Source: an uncultured bacterium (GTDB taxonomy: Bacteria; Hydrogenedentota; CAZGCA01; CBFDCQ01). Taken from it: 64,000 bases of DNA. Where the stretch lies: the NCBI GenBank assembly GCA_965603355.1, contig CBFDCQ010000002.1:56971-120970 (forward strand), given 5' to 3'. Made by a program: the position numbers and the translations under genes. This document shows, one piece after another, positions 20,276 to 29,665 of this stretch (position 1 is its first letter; every line of letters starts with the position of its first letter). Below the pieces are notes generated by a model, which did not search any database, was not told the origin of the DNA, and saw only the letters and a list, made by a program, of their open reading frames with translations.

Positions 20276-20950
20276 TCAGTTCTGACCTTGAGCGGCCGAA
20301 AATGTGTCAGGAACGTAGATGATGTCGCCGGGACGCAACTTGATATCGTTGGCCGCTTTACCCTTGTGAATTACGCTATCCAGGTCAACATTGACTATCT
20401 TGCTCGCGTTGGGATTGTCCGTGTCAGGTCTCGTGACTCTGACCTGTTGTATTGCCGCACGAGTGGTGTGGCCGCCGGCGCGCGTAACCGCCTCCAGCAC
20501 AGTCATCTTCCCCCGGAAGGGGTAGAGTCCCGGGTTACTCACCTGGCCCAACACGTACACCTGACTATGGACATAAGTGGTCGGTATTATAATAATTTCC
20601 GGCTCCTCCTTCACGTATTTTTTGAGTTTCTCAGTTATGATTTCATCAAGTTTTGATGCTGTGAGCCCAGCCGCTTCGATCTTCCCCACCGGAAACACCA
20701 TTGCTACACCATTCGGCGGGATGAAGACCTCCTGTTCGAGCTCATTGTAACCCCAGGCCCTCACTCGAAACGTGTCGCCCGGTCCCAGCGTGTACTCGGG
20801 TATCTTGTCCTCAGCCTGCTCCTTTTCACGGGCCTCGCCAGCGGCCGCCAGCACATATCCTGAACAGGTAACAACAGCCAACAGCAGACACCCGAGCAAC
20901 AGAGCAGGCCTGCCAAGCGCGAAGAACCTTGTTTTGCCCTTGGTGCTCAT
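20276..20950 (-). CDS. wza: Polysaccharide export protein (Poly_export + SLBB domains)
   Basis: EYTLGPGD, VYVLGQVSNPG, EAVTRAGG and LRPGDIIYVP motifs; signal peptide. Confidence 0.9.
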   Translation of the reverse strand: MSTKGKTRFFALGRPALLLGCLLLAVVTCSGYVLAAAGEAREKEQAEDKIPEYTLGPGDTFRVRAWGYNELEQEVFIPPNGVAMVFPVGKIEAAGLTASKLDEIITEKLKKYVKEEPEIIIIPTTYVHSQVYVLGQVSNPGLYPFRGKMTVLEAVTRAGGHTTRAAIQQVRVTRPDTDNPNASKIVNVDLDSVIHKGKAANDIKLRPGDIIYVPDTFSAAQGQN

Positions 20951-21119
20951 CGAATGACGCCTCCCTTCTTGTTACCAGAAGTCTCTTCTTGTTCCCGAAA
21001 GTCCCGACTCGAGATACAGCTCCGCCGGTACGAGTGCCGGTCTTCCCCCTACACTCGGCTTCAAAAACCCTGTGTTTCGAATACCCTCGAACTATCTCTA
21101 CTTCCGCAACTCAGGTCGA

Positions 21120-21665
21120 TCAGTTCGAAGTGTACTCTTTCTCTATTTCGGACAGATGGACTTCCACTTCACGACGGTTCTGCAGAATGTTCATCAGAAC
21201 CTTCACTCTGCCCGTCGGCGACACCTCGCCTTTGAAAATGCCGATAAGGTCCCGCAGCGGTCCCTTACGTATGCGAACCGTGTCACCTACCTGGAAGTCC
21301 TGCCGGGGACTTACCGCCCCCCCGGCTCCCATCTGCTCCCTGATGTACGAGATCACGGAATCAGGGACACTGGACAATGGGTCGCCGACTCCGAGAATCT
21401 TTCTCACTCCCGGCGTCCATCTTGCCGCCAGAAAGTGTTCAGAATCAATCTCTATTCGTGCAAAGACATAGCAAGGGAACAATGGCTCGGTCTGCCGCAC
21501 AGACCGGGTCTGGCGTTTCCTGGTAACCTCGATCTTGGGCAGAAAAGCCTCAAGCGAGCGTCTCATCAGTCCATCCGCAGCTTTCTGCTCACATCGTGGC
21601 TTCGTATAGACCGCGTACCATCTTGCTCCCATAACGTCCGTCGTCTCCTGTTTCCTGTCAGACAT
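21120..21665 (-). CDS. NusG paralogue antiterminator (RfaH/UpxY/LoaP-like)
   Basis: WYAVYTKPRCE and PLFPCYVF (NGN domain); GDTVRIRKGPL (KOW domain). Confidence 0.9.
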   Translation of the reverse strand: MSDRKQETTDVMGARWYAVYTKPRCEQKAADGLMRRSLEAFLPKIEVTRKRQTRSVRQTEPLFPCYVFARIEIDSEHFLAARWTPGVRKILGVGDPLSSVPDSVISYIREQMGAGGAVSPRQDFQVGDTVRIRKGPLRDLIGIFKGEVSPTGRVKVLMNILQNRREVEVHLSEIEKEYTSN

Positions 21666-21674
21666 GGCCCGCTT

Positions 21675-22244
21675 TCAAATAGCCTTGCGATCCGCAATAC
21701 TCCTCAGAATAATCTCGGCCGCCTCAGAGATACTCTCGGCCACGTGGTCAGGCTTCGGGACTCCAGGGCCGAGCAATTCGAGCTGGGCCTCTCCTCGTCC
21801 CGTTCTTACCATGATAGCCACCGCCGATGCCTTCTTGCCTGCCTCTATATCAGACAGAGCGTCGCCTACCATGAACAGTCGCTCTGATTTCACACCGCTT
21901 TCTCTAAGCGCCCTCGCCAACAGCCCAACCTCCGGTTTTCGACACGAGCACCGATCGTCCGGTGTATGAGGACAGTAGAAAATGCCGTCAACTCTTCCGC
22001 CGGCCGCTTCAAGCTCACCCTTCATGCGTCGGTTAATCTCGTCGACCCGCTCGGCGGAGACCGCACCTTTGCCAACCCCCGCTTGATTAGACACGATGAA
22101 TATCCTCACGTCTTCACGTTCCGCGAGCCTGCTCACCGCCTCCTTAGCTCCCGGCAAGAAGGTGAACTCATCCCACGCCTTCACATAGTAATTCGCGACG
22201 TTATCGTTTATAACTCCGTCTCTATCCAAGAATACGACTGTCAC
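21675..22244 (-). CDS. gmhB: D,D-heptose 1,7-bisphosphate phosphatase (HAD IIIA)
   Basis: FLDRDGVIN, SNQAG, CPH..DDRCSCRKP and VGD..SD motifs. Confidence 0.92.
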   Translation of the reverse strand: MTVVFLDRDGVINDNVANYYVKAWDEFTFLPGAKEAVSRLAEREDVRIFIVSNQAGVGKGAVSAERVDEINRRMKGELEAAGGRVDGIFYCPHTPDDRCSCRKPEVGLLARALRESGVKSERLFMVGDALSDIEAGKKASAVAIMVRTGRGEAQLELLGPGVPKPDHVAESISEAAEIILRSIADRKAI

Positions 22245-22876
22245 AGTAGTGGAACCTCCTCACGCAGTATCCTGCAAATGGCATGTTCCAGTATAAGATG
22301 GGCATCTTCCACCTGCGCAACTCGGCGGCACGGAATCATTATGCATCTGTCCACAATGTCGCCAAGCTGGTTCCCATCCGCCCCCGTGAAACCTATGGTG
22401 GTCCCACCTCTACTCTTTGCGTACCTGACGGCTTTCAGCACGTTCTCAGACTTACCGCTGCCGCTGATACCTATAACTATGGCGCCGTCACTATAGAGGT
22501 TCTTGAGTTGTTCCACGAAGATATCGTCATATGACAGGTCGTTGCCCAACGCCGTCAGGAGCGGGACGTTGTCCGTTAACGCGATAGCGCGGAAACGCTT
22601 CTTACCGTCAACGGACGCAGCCTTGTTTATGTCGTTGGCAAAATGCGACGCGGTCGCGGCGCTGCCGCCGTTTCCCATTATGAATATCTGTCTGTCCTCG
22701 AGGTATGCCGAAATCAGCACGGTTATCACGCGACGAACGCTTGCGACAGAGACCCGCTCCAGGACCCTCTGCGCCTCATCGAGATATTTGCGAACACTCT
22801 GTTCCTGTCTGAGAAGCGCCATCTGTCTTATGCTGCTCTCGCGCGATTCTCTCCTGACACTTGCTGTAATGCTCAT
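22241..22876 (-). CDS. gmhA: Phosphoheptose isomerase (SIS domain)
   Basis: GNGGSAATASH, ISGSGKSENV and EDAHLILEH motifs. Confidence 0.9.
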   Translation of the reverse strand: MSITASVRRESRESSIRQMALLRQEQSVRKYLDEAQRVLERVSVASVRRVITVLISAYLEDRQIFIMGNGGSAATASHFANDINKAASVDGKKRFRAIALTDNVPLLTALGNDLSYDDIFVEQLKNLYSDGAIVIGISGSGKSENVLKAVRYAKSRGGTTIGFTGADGNQLGDIVDRCIMIPCRRVAQVEDAHLILEHAICRILREEVPLL

Positions 22877-22937
22877 CAGCCCTTCGCTTTCTGGTACTGC
22901 GTTATCCGCTCTCTGACATCCTTGTCGTCATACACGA

Positions 22938-23429
22938 TTAGAACCGCTCGCGATTTCCGGCAATTGCACCGCCAGAATCGGTTACGTTGAGCACATGCTC
23001 TATCAACTGCTCAAGTTGACGAATCTGTACTTTGCATCCACGCAACTGCTCGAGCTGCGCCTTCGTTGTCTTTCCGCCTCCATTGCCAAGCATGCTTTGA
23101 ACCTGGGCGGAGAACGGTTCACACAACTGTTCGAGGTCGCCGGCGAGCCGTTCAAGCCCCGCGGCCGTGCGCTTACGCTCCGACTTCGAGGAGCCACGGC
23201 TCGCGTCGTTTCCGTCTTGCGCGGCTGGTTTATTCCGGGAGGAATCAACCAGCTTAATGGGTACGACAACCTCACTCTTGCAGGACGGGCACTTGGCGAG
23301 CGACGTACCGTTGTCAAATATTATGATCCTCGTCCTCAGGACGCGCTTATCCCCGCCGCGTCCGATAAGCAAGGGTCTCCCGCAGGTCGTGCACCGTATA
23401 CTCAACTTCATGCGGTTGCTGGTTTCCAT
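22938..23429 (-). CDS. Hypothetical protein with zinc ribbon and helical C-terminus
   Basis: CTTC...CPSC; GGAG RBS; fits the gap between hddA and gmhA on the same strand. Confidence 0.6.
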   Translation of the reverse strand: METSNRMKLSIRCTTCGRPLLIGRGGDKRVLRTRIIIFDNGTSLAKCPSCKSEVVVPIKLVDSSRNKPAAQDGNDASRGSSKSERKRTAAGLERLAGDLEQLCEPFSAQVQSMLGNGGGKTTKAQLEQLRGCKVQIRQLEQLIEHVLNVTDSGGAIAGNRERF

Positions 23430-23472
23430 ATCGATATACTCGCCTTCTCCAAACGCACCTCAGTGATCCGGC

Positions 23473-24465
23473 CTACTCCTCTGCGCGCTCACTTCCGGGA
23501 GCGAGCAACACCACGCTGCCGGTACGCTCAAATCGAAACGGTACATGCCGCAGGGGTTTCGCCGCCTGCATCACTGCACGCCGCTTTTCAGGTGGACAAT
23601 AGAGCAAAAGGAATCCGCCGCCTCCCGCCCCGCATATCTTCCCTCCAACGGCACCCGCCTGCAGTACCTGCTCATAATATTCGTCAATCTCCGCATCGCT
23701 GATCTTTGAAGCGAGCTGCTTCTTCAGGCGCCAGTTCCTGTCCAGCAATTCGCCAAACTCCTGCCCCATGCCGTTCAGCATACACTCCTTCAGGCAAGGA
23801 ACCAGGGCGCCCATTTCATCGAGCATTGCGAAATGGTTCTCGATTCTCTGTTTCTGTTCGCTAAGCACCTCAACGGATTGCCGCGTTATACCGGTGAAGA
23901 AGAGCAGCAGGCGCTCATGTAACGTGGTGAGCGACCTGTCCGCAATAGGCACAGGGATGATGTTGACCGTGTCGTTCGTGTTGAACACGATGTGCTGAAC
24001 TCCCCCGTACGCGGCAATGTATTGATCCTGCTTGCCTATCGGTTTGCAAAGAATGTCTATCTCGATCTCGCATGCCTCTCTGGCAAGCTCATCCGGGCTT
24101 TTCCGTATGCCAGAGTGGGCGTAGAGAGCGTTCAGCAAACCCACCGTTATTGCGCCACTCGAACCTAAACCGCAACCTTCAGAGGGAATATCAGCAAAGG
24201 TGGCGATCTCAATTCCTTTGTCGACCCCCGTCTTCCTGAGACACTCCCTCACAAGCTCGTGATGTAGATCGTCAACATTCTTTACACGCTCCACCCTTGA
24301 GTAAGAGAGTCGGATATCGTCATCGAATCTTTTCTTGACAATCACGTACACGTACTTGTTGATCGCCGTGCTTATTACATTACCCGCGTTGTGCGTGTAA
24401 TACTCCTTGAAATCGGTACCTCCCCCCACAAAGCTCACCCGAAGAGGCGTTCGCGTTACTATCAT
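23473..24465 (-). CDS. hddA: D-glycero-alpha-D-manno-heptose-7-phosphate kinase (GHMP family)
   Basis: Start MIVTRTPLRVSFVGGGTD; GLGSSG, GKQDQY and GAGGGG motifs. Confidence 0.9.
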   Translation of the reverse strand: MIVTRTPLRVSFVGGGTDFKEYYTHNAGNVISTAINKYVYVIVKKRFDDDIRLSYSRVERVKNVDDLHHELVRECLRKTGVDKGIEIATFADIPSEGCGLGSSGAITVGLLNALYAHSGIRKSPDELAREACEIEIDILCKPIGKQDQYIAAYGGVQHIVFNTNDTVNIIPVPIADRSLTTLHERLLLFFTGITRQSVEVLSEQKQRIENHFAMLDEMGALVPCLKECMLNGMGQEFGELLDRNWRLKKQLASKISDAEIDEYYEQVLQAGAVGGKICGAGGGGFLLLYCPPEKRRAVMQAAKPLRHVPFRFERTGSVVLLAPGSERAEE

Positions 24466-24821
24466 GTTCGTCCGCTCCCTGGCAGCCAAAGAATTATCGT
24501 CTCTTTGCCGCCATTTGCATATGCCACCTTGTTGCCCAAGATTGATCTCTGTTCGAACTCGTGACACCACCTCCGTACCGTCCCATACTATAAGGAAAGG
24601 CGGGGCAACGCGCTCTCATATGTTTCTATATCTTCCCTGTCGTGACATTCTATTCCGAAATGTTCCTTGAGATAGTAATAAAACACACTACCTCCCCCAT
24701 TGAAGTTGCTTACTACCGAAAAACCTCTTTTCCCCCGTATTGTCTTTGCCCAAACCCGACAAAAGGTTGGCAAACCTGAATATTGTCCGCTATATTTTTT
24801 TGCGAACTCACGTAGAGAAAG

Positions 24822-24838
24822 TGCAATTCTTGTGCCGG
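24822..24838 (-). promoter_or_regulatory. Sigma54 -24/-12 promoter of the polysaccharide operon
   Basis: Minus strand CCGGCACAAGAATTGCA, GG-N10-GC, nearly identical to the site at 8603-8618. Confidence 0.75.
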
Positions 24839-24911
24839 TCGCAAAGCAGGCCCGTAACTCTCACTGCGACAGTACATTATGAAGTCCTGTAGGCAAGCTT
24901 ACTCACACCTG

Positions 24912-25034
24912 CGTTGCATTGTCTGAACATATTCACGCACAACCGAATAGGCCGCACAGCTCATAACCCTTTTTTAGTTAAGCACTTACATATACGACGT
25001 TGCCGTAGCGCATAGATGTTGCAGTACCTGAACA
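24912..25034. promoter_or_regulatory. Two putative enhancer-binding-protein sites
   Basis: CGTTGCATTGTCTGAACA (24912-24929) and TGTTGCAGTACCTGAACA (25017-25034). Confidence 0.7.
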
Positions 25035-25435
25035 TTCGCTCTCAGGAACAGTTAGCGCTGTTTTAGTCCTTCCGGTGCGTCCTGATTCACCGGAGCATGC
25101 AAGATGAGCTGACACGTGCTGGCGGTAGTCAATCGGCGCTAGCAAGCTGCTCGTGGCTGCATGCGTGACTATTAGGACCCACGGTTGCTGTCATATTGGC
25201 CGTGGGCGGCTCCCGAAGGGCGTGTACCAGAGCGTTCAGAGCCAACAAACCGGGCCGCCTCTGGGCAGGCGCAAGACTCGCATGATCAATCGAGTCGGTA
25301 AGCTGTTGAAACTCGAAGGCGTTGCTTTGACCGTCCGGAGCGCAGCAGTATAGCTTTACGCGTTGACTGTGAGGTGCTACTACCGCCAGAGTTGGTGTTA
25401 AGTGCGGCGGCCGCTGTTCACAGCACACCCGCACG

Positions 25436-28400
25436 CTAGTGAAGCACGCCCAACACCGGCACCGTTGCCCAACCCCACTTTATTCTGATCTTGTTCGGCA
25501 GGTCGAGTGAGCCGCTACTTAGACCGACATTGGAACCATAGTGCTCCGTGTTCCCCACAGTACCATATTTCAGCTTGAAGTTCCTCACGTACCCTACCTC
25601 GCCGGCTACGCGTAACTGCGTCTCGGGCGTGCCCTTCATATCCACGATGTTGACCGATGTAGTCGGCGCATCTATGTAAACATCGCAATGGTCTTCCCAA
25701 CCCATTTCCGGGACCGGACCGCCGCATATCACCGTCAGATCACCGTCGTCATCCAAGATCTCAATCGTCAACGTATTATCAGCTGGATTGTGGAACGCCA
25801 TGGCCCCAGGCTTGCTGTAACGCACAATAATCTCTCCAAGCTCGAACCTGTACGCCGCCTTCGTCCCGGTCGCTGATTCATCGACCATGGCACGCTCCTT
25901 GGAATCATCATCATCATCGTACTGTTCTACGTGGTCTTCCCCGTAGTCAGAAAGCTCGGACTTGATCAAGGGGGCGTGTTTCACCACGGGCGTGAGGTCG
26001 AACGGCGCGCCGGGGTACGACACACCGAACAGCGGCGCAGTGGTGGCCCCTGACTTTATAAGGATCTTCTTCGGCAGCTCCTCCGACGCGCTGCCAAGAC
26101 CGAACTCTTCACCGTAATCCAGCGTGTCACCCACAAAACCGTGCTTCAGAACGAACTTCTTCGCGTAACCTACCTGCCCGCTGACGTAAAACTCCGTCTC
26201 AGGTGTCCCCAAAAGCTTGATCTTCGTGATCGATGCCTCGGGGGCGTCAATGAGGATGTCGGAGCGCTCTCCCCAGAAGGTAAACGCGTCTTCCGTGGCG
26301 ATCACGTTCAGAACGCCCGGATCGTCGCCCCAGACCCCAATGATCAACGGGCCGTTCGGTCCGTTACGGCCCGCGAAGCAGGTCGGCCTGGTGTATGTCA
26401 CCTTGATGCCGTCTATTATGGCCTTGAAGCTCGGCCCTTCAGCCGGCAGCGCCTGATCCACGTCGATGAACGCCGTCGTGGTCTCCGTATCGGATCCGCC
26501 GGGCCCGGCTACAGAAAGCGTGACACTGAATGCGCCCACGAAAAGATACGTGTGTGAAGGATCCTGCACGCTATCCGTGTCCCCGTCACCGAACTCCCAT
26601 GACCAACTCGTGACCGTGCCGCTGGATTCGTCTGTAAAATCCACGACCAAAGGTCTGTTACCGGTTGTCGGACTTGCGCTGAATCCCGCCACCGGTGCAG
26701 CCAACTGCGGATCGTAGCCCCCCTCGTATTCTTCAAGGTTGGTGAACCCATCCGCATCAGGATCGCCCTCCGAACCGTTGTCCCCGGTATCATCATTCGG
26801 GTCGAGAGCATTATCCACTTCCCAGCCGTCCGGCAAACCATCATCGTCCGTATCATCGTCGTTCGGGTCGGTGTTGTACGTGTTCACTTCCTCGCCATCG
26901 TCCAGCGCGTCGTTGTCGGTGTCAGGGTCTTCGGGATCTGTGCCAGTGTCAGTCTCGTCGACAAACACGCCCGTATTGGTTTCCATATCGTCAGGCAGCC
27001 CGTCCCCGTCGCTGTCCTGCAGTTGACCTGTGAAATCCTGCCCCGCTTGGTCGGATGAAAGGCTGTCGTACACATAGCTCGGCGGGGCAAACTCGTACCA
27101 CATGAGGTCCGGCGTCACCTCATAACTATAGGCCGCAGGGTCCCTGGGCGTCAGGATGAAGGTATACGAACCGTCACTGCCCGGATTGATGCTTTCCAGA
27201 GGCGCGCCGTTCAAGCTCAAGTTCAAAACTACATCCTGTGTCGAGGCTGAACCACCAACTAGTGTCACGGTACCTGTGACACTGTAAGTCGTAATGCTTG
27301 ACTCGTCAATTGGGTTGGTATCATTTAGAAACTCGTAGGCGTTGGACTGGCCGTCCCCATCGTAGTCATTCTCTCCGTCCGGGACGCCCTCGCCGGTACT
27401 GTCCGAGTCGAGCGGGTCAAATGGATTCTGCACGCCCCCGGTATCGGGATCAAGGTCTCGGATCTCGTCCCCGTCTGACAGCCCGTCCTCGTCGGTATCA
27501 GAACGCGTGGCGTCGAGATCGGTTCCGGTCGGGTTAAGCGTGGGATGATACGGATTGTAGGCGCCGGCGCCGTCGAAGTTGACCTCGTCGAAGTCGGAAA
27601 CGCCATCGCCATCCGTGTCCGGGTTTTCAGGATCTGTGCCAATCGACAACTCGAACTCGTTCGTAAGACCGTCCCCGTCCAAGTCCGCCGAGCCAACCTC
27701 CAGCGCGTTGCCCAGTGTATTAAAGGTAGTGTCAGGATTGGTCACAGTCACATCATACTGACCAGGATCGAGGGTCGGCGTGACACAGGTTATCTCTGTC
27801 GGAGACACGACAAGCACCCCGCTGGCCGCCTGGCCTCCGATGGTGACGGATGCGCCCGTAGCAAATCCGAACGGGCCGTCGGGGTTCGCGCTGGCACGCA
27901 CAAAACCGGTACCTCTGATCGTCAACGGTGTCGCAACATCAGGCTCGATGTTGTCCGGGCTAACTTCGGTTACTACCGGCGCAGCCGTATAGACATAGCT
28001 GATCCCGTCTTCATCGTCGGGATGGAGCGTGCGCACGGAAGTACCCCCGGACGAGATAAACGCGTACATCGTCGCTGCGCTTATCGGAGGATGGTTGAGC
28101 CCGAACAGGTGCCCTATCTCGTGAGCGGCGACGCTCTGGAGGTCGTATTGAGAGCCCCCAGGCGTTTGTGTGCCCGGCACAAATGCAAAGTCATCATCGT
28201 TGAAGACTATGTCTCCATCGGCGATCCGATCGAACTCCCTTCCGCCGGTTACGGTGAAATTGCCGCCGCTACCCCCAGAAAACCAGACGAATGTAAGACC
28301 CAGAGTGGAAGAGTCCAGATCGTCGCCAGAATCATCGAAGGAGATCGTGATTTGCCCGTTGTTCGCGAAACCGCCGGCAGCGGTTGTACCCAAATACGTT

Positions 28401-28648
28401 GACGCGGCGGACGAGGACCCGACCGCCTCCCAGGTGGCGAAGGCGGCGTTGATGGTGTCAATAGCTTCCTGAGAGGTCATATCAGTGTTCGTGCCGTTAA
28501 TCCGGTAACTTATCGGCAGGTCACTGTTCAGCCAGCGCAACGGCACGAAGTCATCGCCCGTCTTTATCAACGAGAAACCATGCGCGGCCGAACTGAATAG
28601 GTTGAGGACGGCGGCAACAACAAGTAATGAGCGCCTTAGTCGCATCAT
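25436..28648 (-). CDS. Secreted matrixin (M10)-type metalloprotease with IPT/TIG domain, Ca-binding DxDxDG repeats, PKD domain and a duplicated C-terminal domain
   Basis: Signal peptide; HEIGHLFGLNH zinc motif with ATM Met-turn; many DTDGDG repeats; WSWEFGDG PKD motif. Confidence 0.88.
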   Translation of the reverse strand: MMRLRRSLLVVAAVLNLFSSAAHGFSLIKTGDDFVPLRWLNSDLPISYRINGTNTDMTSQEAIDTINAAFATWEAVGSSSAASTYLGTTAAGGFANNGQITISFDDSGDDLDSSTLGLTFVWFSGGSGGNFTVTGGREFDRIADGDIVFNDDDFAFVPGTQTPGGSQYDLQSVAAHEIGHLFGLNHPPISAATMYAFISSGGTSVRTLHPDDEDGISYVYTAAPVVTEVSPDNIEPDVATPLTIRGTGFVRASANPDGPFGFATGASVTIGGQAASGVLVVSPTEITCVTPTLDPGQYDVTVTNPDTTFNTLGNALEVGSADLDGDGLTNEFELSIGTDPENPDTDGDGVSDFDEVNFDGAGAYNPYHPTLNPTGTDLDATRSDTDEDGLSDGDEIRDLDPDTGGVQNPFDPLDSDSTGEGVPDGENDYDGDGQSNAYEFLNDTNPIDESSITTYSVTGTVTLVGGSASTQDVVLNLSLNGAPLESINPGSDGSYTFILTPRDPAAYSYEVTPDLMWYEFAPPSYVYDSLSSDQAGQDFTGQLQDSDGDGLPDDMETNTGVFVDETDTGTDPEDPDTDNDALDDGEEVNTYNTDPNDDDTDDDGLPDGWEVDNALDPNDDTGDNGSEGDPDADGFTNLEEYEGGYDPQLAAPVAGFSASPTTGNRPLVVDFTDESSGTVTSWSWEFGDGDTDSVQDPSHTYLFVGAFSVTLSVAGPGGSDTETTTAFIDVDQALPAEGPSFKAIIDGIKVTYTRPTCFAGRNGPNGPLIIGVWGDDPGVLNVIATEDAFTFWGERSDILIDAPEASITKIKLLGTPETEFYVSGQVGYAKKFVLKHGFVGDTLDYGEEFGLGSASEELPKKILIKSGATTAPLFGVSYPGAPFDLTPVVKHAPLIKSELSDYGEDHVEQYDDDDDSKERAMVDESATGTKAAYRFELGEIIVRYSKPGAMAFHNPADNTLTIEILDDDGDLTVICGGPVPEMGWEDHCDVYIDAPTTSVNIVDMKGTPETQLRVAGEVGYVRNFKLKYGTVGNTEHYGSNVGLSSGSLDLPNKIRIKWGWATVPVLGVLH

Positions 28649-29244
28649 CTTGCGCTTCCTTCCCAGCCTACGTTCTTCTGCCGCGCCTCTTCAGCGACTG
28701 TCGCGCGCACCCTCTCAACCAGCTTGTCGAGAGGTACCTGCGACTCCTCCAGCAGTCGTTCCGGGTCGGCTCCAACCACATGAAGACCGTTCAACCCGCG
28801 GATCGCCGTACCATCCTTGCGCACCGAGTACTTGCCCTGTGCCATGCCCACAACCCGGAAACGGGTCCTGTCCGTCTTGAGCGGCCGCAGGAATGCCAGA
28901 ACCTTTTCGCCCTTGCGGAACGTGGCTGTTCCGGGGACGTAGCACACAACATTGCCGACCCTTCCGCCAGGCTGTCTGACCTTGATCTTCTTACCGCCTG
29001 CGCTTCCCTTGAAATCCTCCTTAACCTCGAGCTCGGTATAGGTATAGATCTTTGTCCGAGCTTCATTCCAGCGGCTTTCCTTCGACGCAACGGTCGCCAG
29101 AACGACCGCACTGGCACGATTGGTCGCGGTCTGCGTGTCGACAGCCACCACCGTCGTGGCAGTTGCGTTCCCGCCAAGCAAGAAAGCGGACAGAATTCCG
29201 GCGATACTTAAGCTAACAGCCAAGTGATAATTTGACGCGCGCAT
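28645..29244 (-). CDS. Exported hypothetical protein coupled to the matrixin gene
   Basis: 199 aa; signal peptide; VRQPGG.VG and FRVVGMAQGKY motifs; 4-bp overlap with the protease start. Confidence 0.75.
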   Translation of the reverse strand: MRASNYHLAVSLSIAGILSAFLLGGNATATTVVAVDTQTATNRASAVVLATVASKESRWNEARTKIYTYTELEVKEDFKGSAGGKKIKVRQPGGRVGNVVCYVPGTATFRKGEKVLAFLRPLKTDRTRFRVVGMAQGKYSVRKDGTAIRGLNGLHVVGADPERLLEESQVPLDKLVERVRATVAEEARQKNVGWEGSAR

Positions 29245-29468
29245 GATTCCCTTCCTTGGGCAAGGCTAACGGTCTGGGCGGGCTTCTCTACTACCAGTCA
29301 ATGTCTGAGGCACCTCTCTTCCACACCTTCTCTTCCCCACGCTACAGATGATATCACATTAATCCCACGCATTGCAAGCTCTTCCTCAAGCAACACAGGC
29401 AGACTATGAAGGGTGCACACTTGTGGAGATTCTCCCGCACTATCTTGCCACTGCAGCAAGTGTCAATT

Positions 29469-29497
29469 TTGATTTTCCTTCCGTTCTCGTGTATAAT
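29469..29497 (+). promoter_or_regulatory. Putative sigma70 promoter
   Basis: TTGATT-N17-TATAAT. Confidence 0.55.
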
Positions 29498-29665
29498 TAT
29501 ATGGAGATAATACATATGCAAAGTACACCCGATTCCTCCCGTCGAATAATTCAGGGGATTCCTCTAGTTAACGACTCGCCAGCTCGCTGTGTAACCCCTT
29601 GCCGGCAGCGGTTTTGGCGTTGTACCCTTATCGGCCCAATCAAGGCCCGATCTGAGGTAAACCAC

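Noticed and set aside
25380-25387. ops element (GGCGGTAG) for the NusG paralogue
   Set aside because: It lies about 550 bp upstream of the predicted sigma54 promoter and lacks the downstream TG of the consensus
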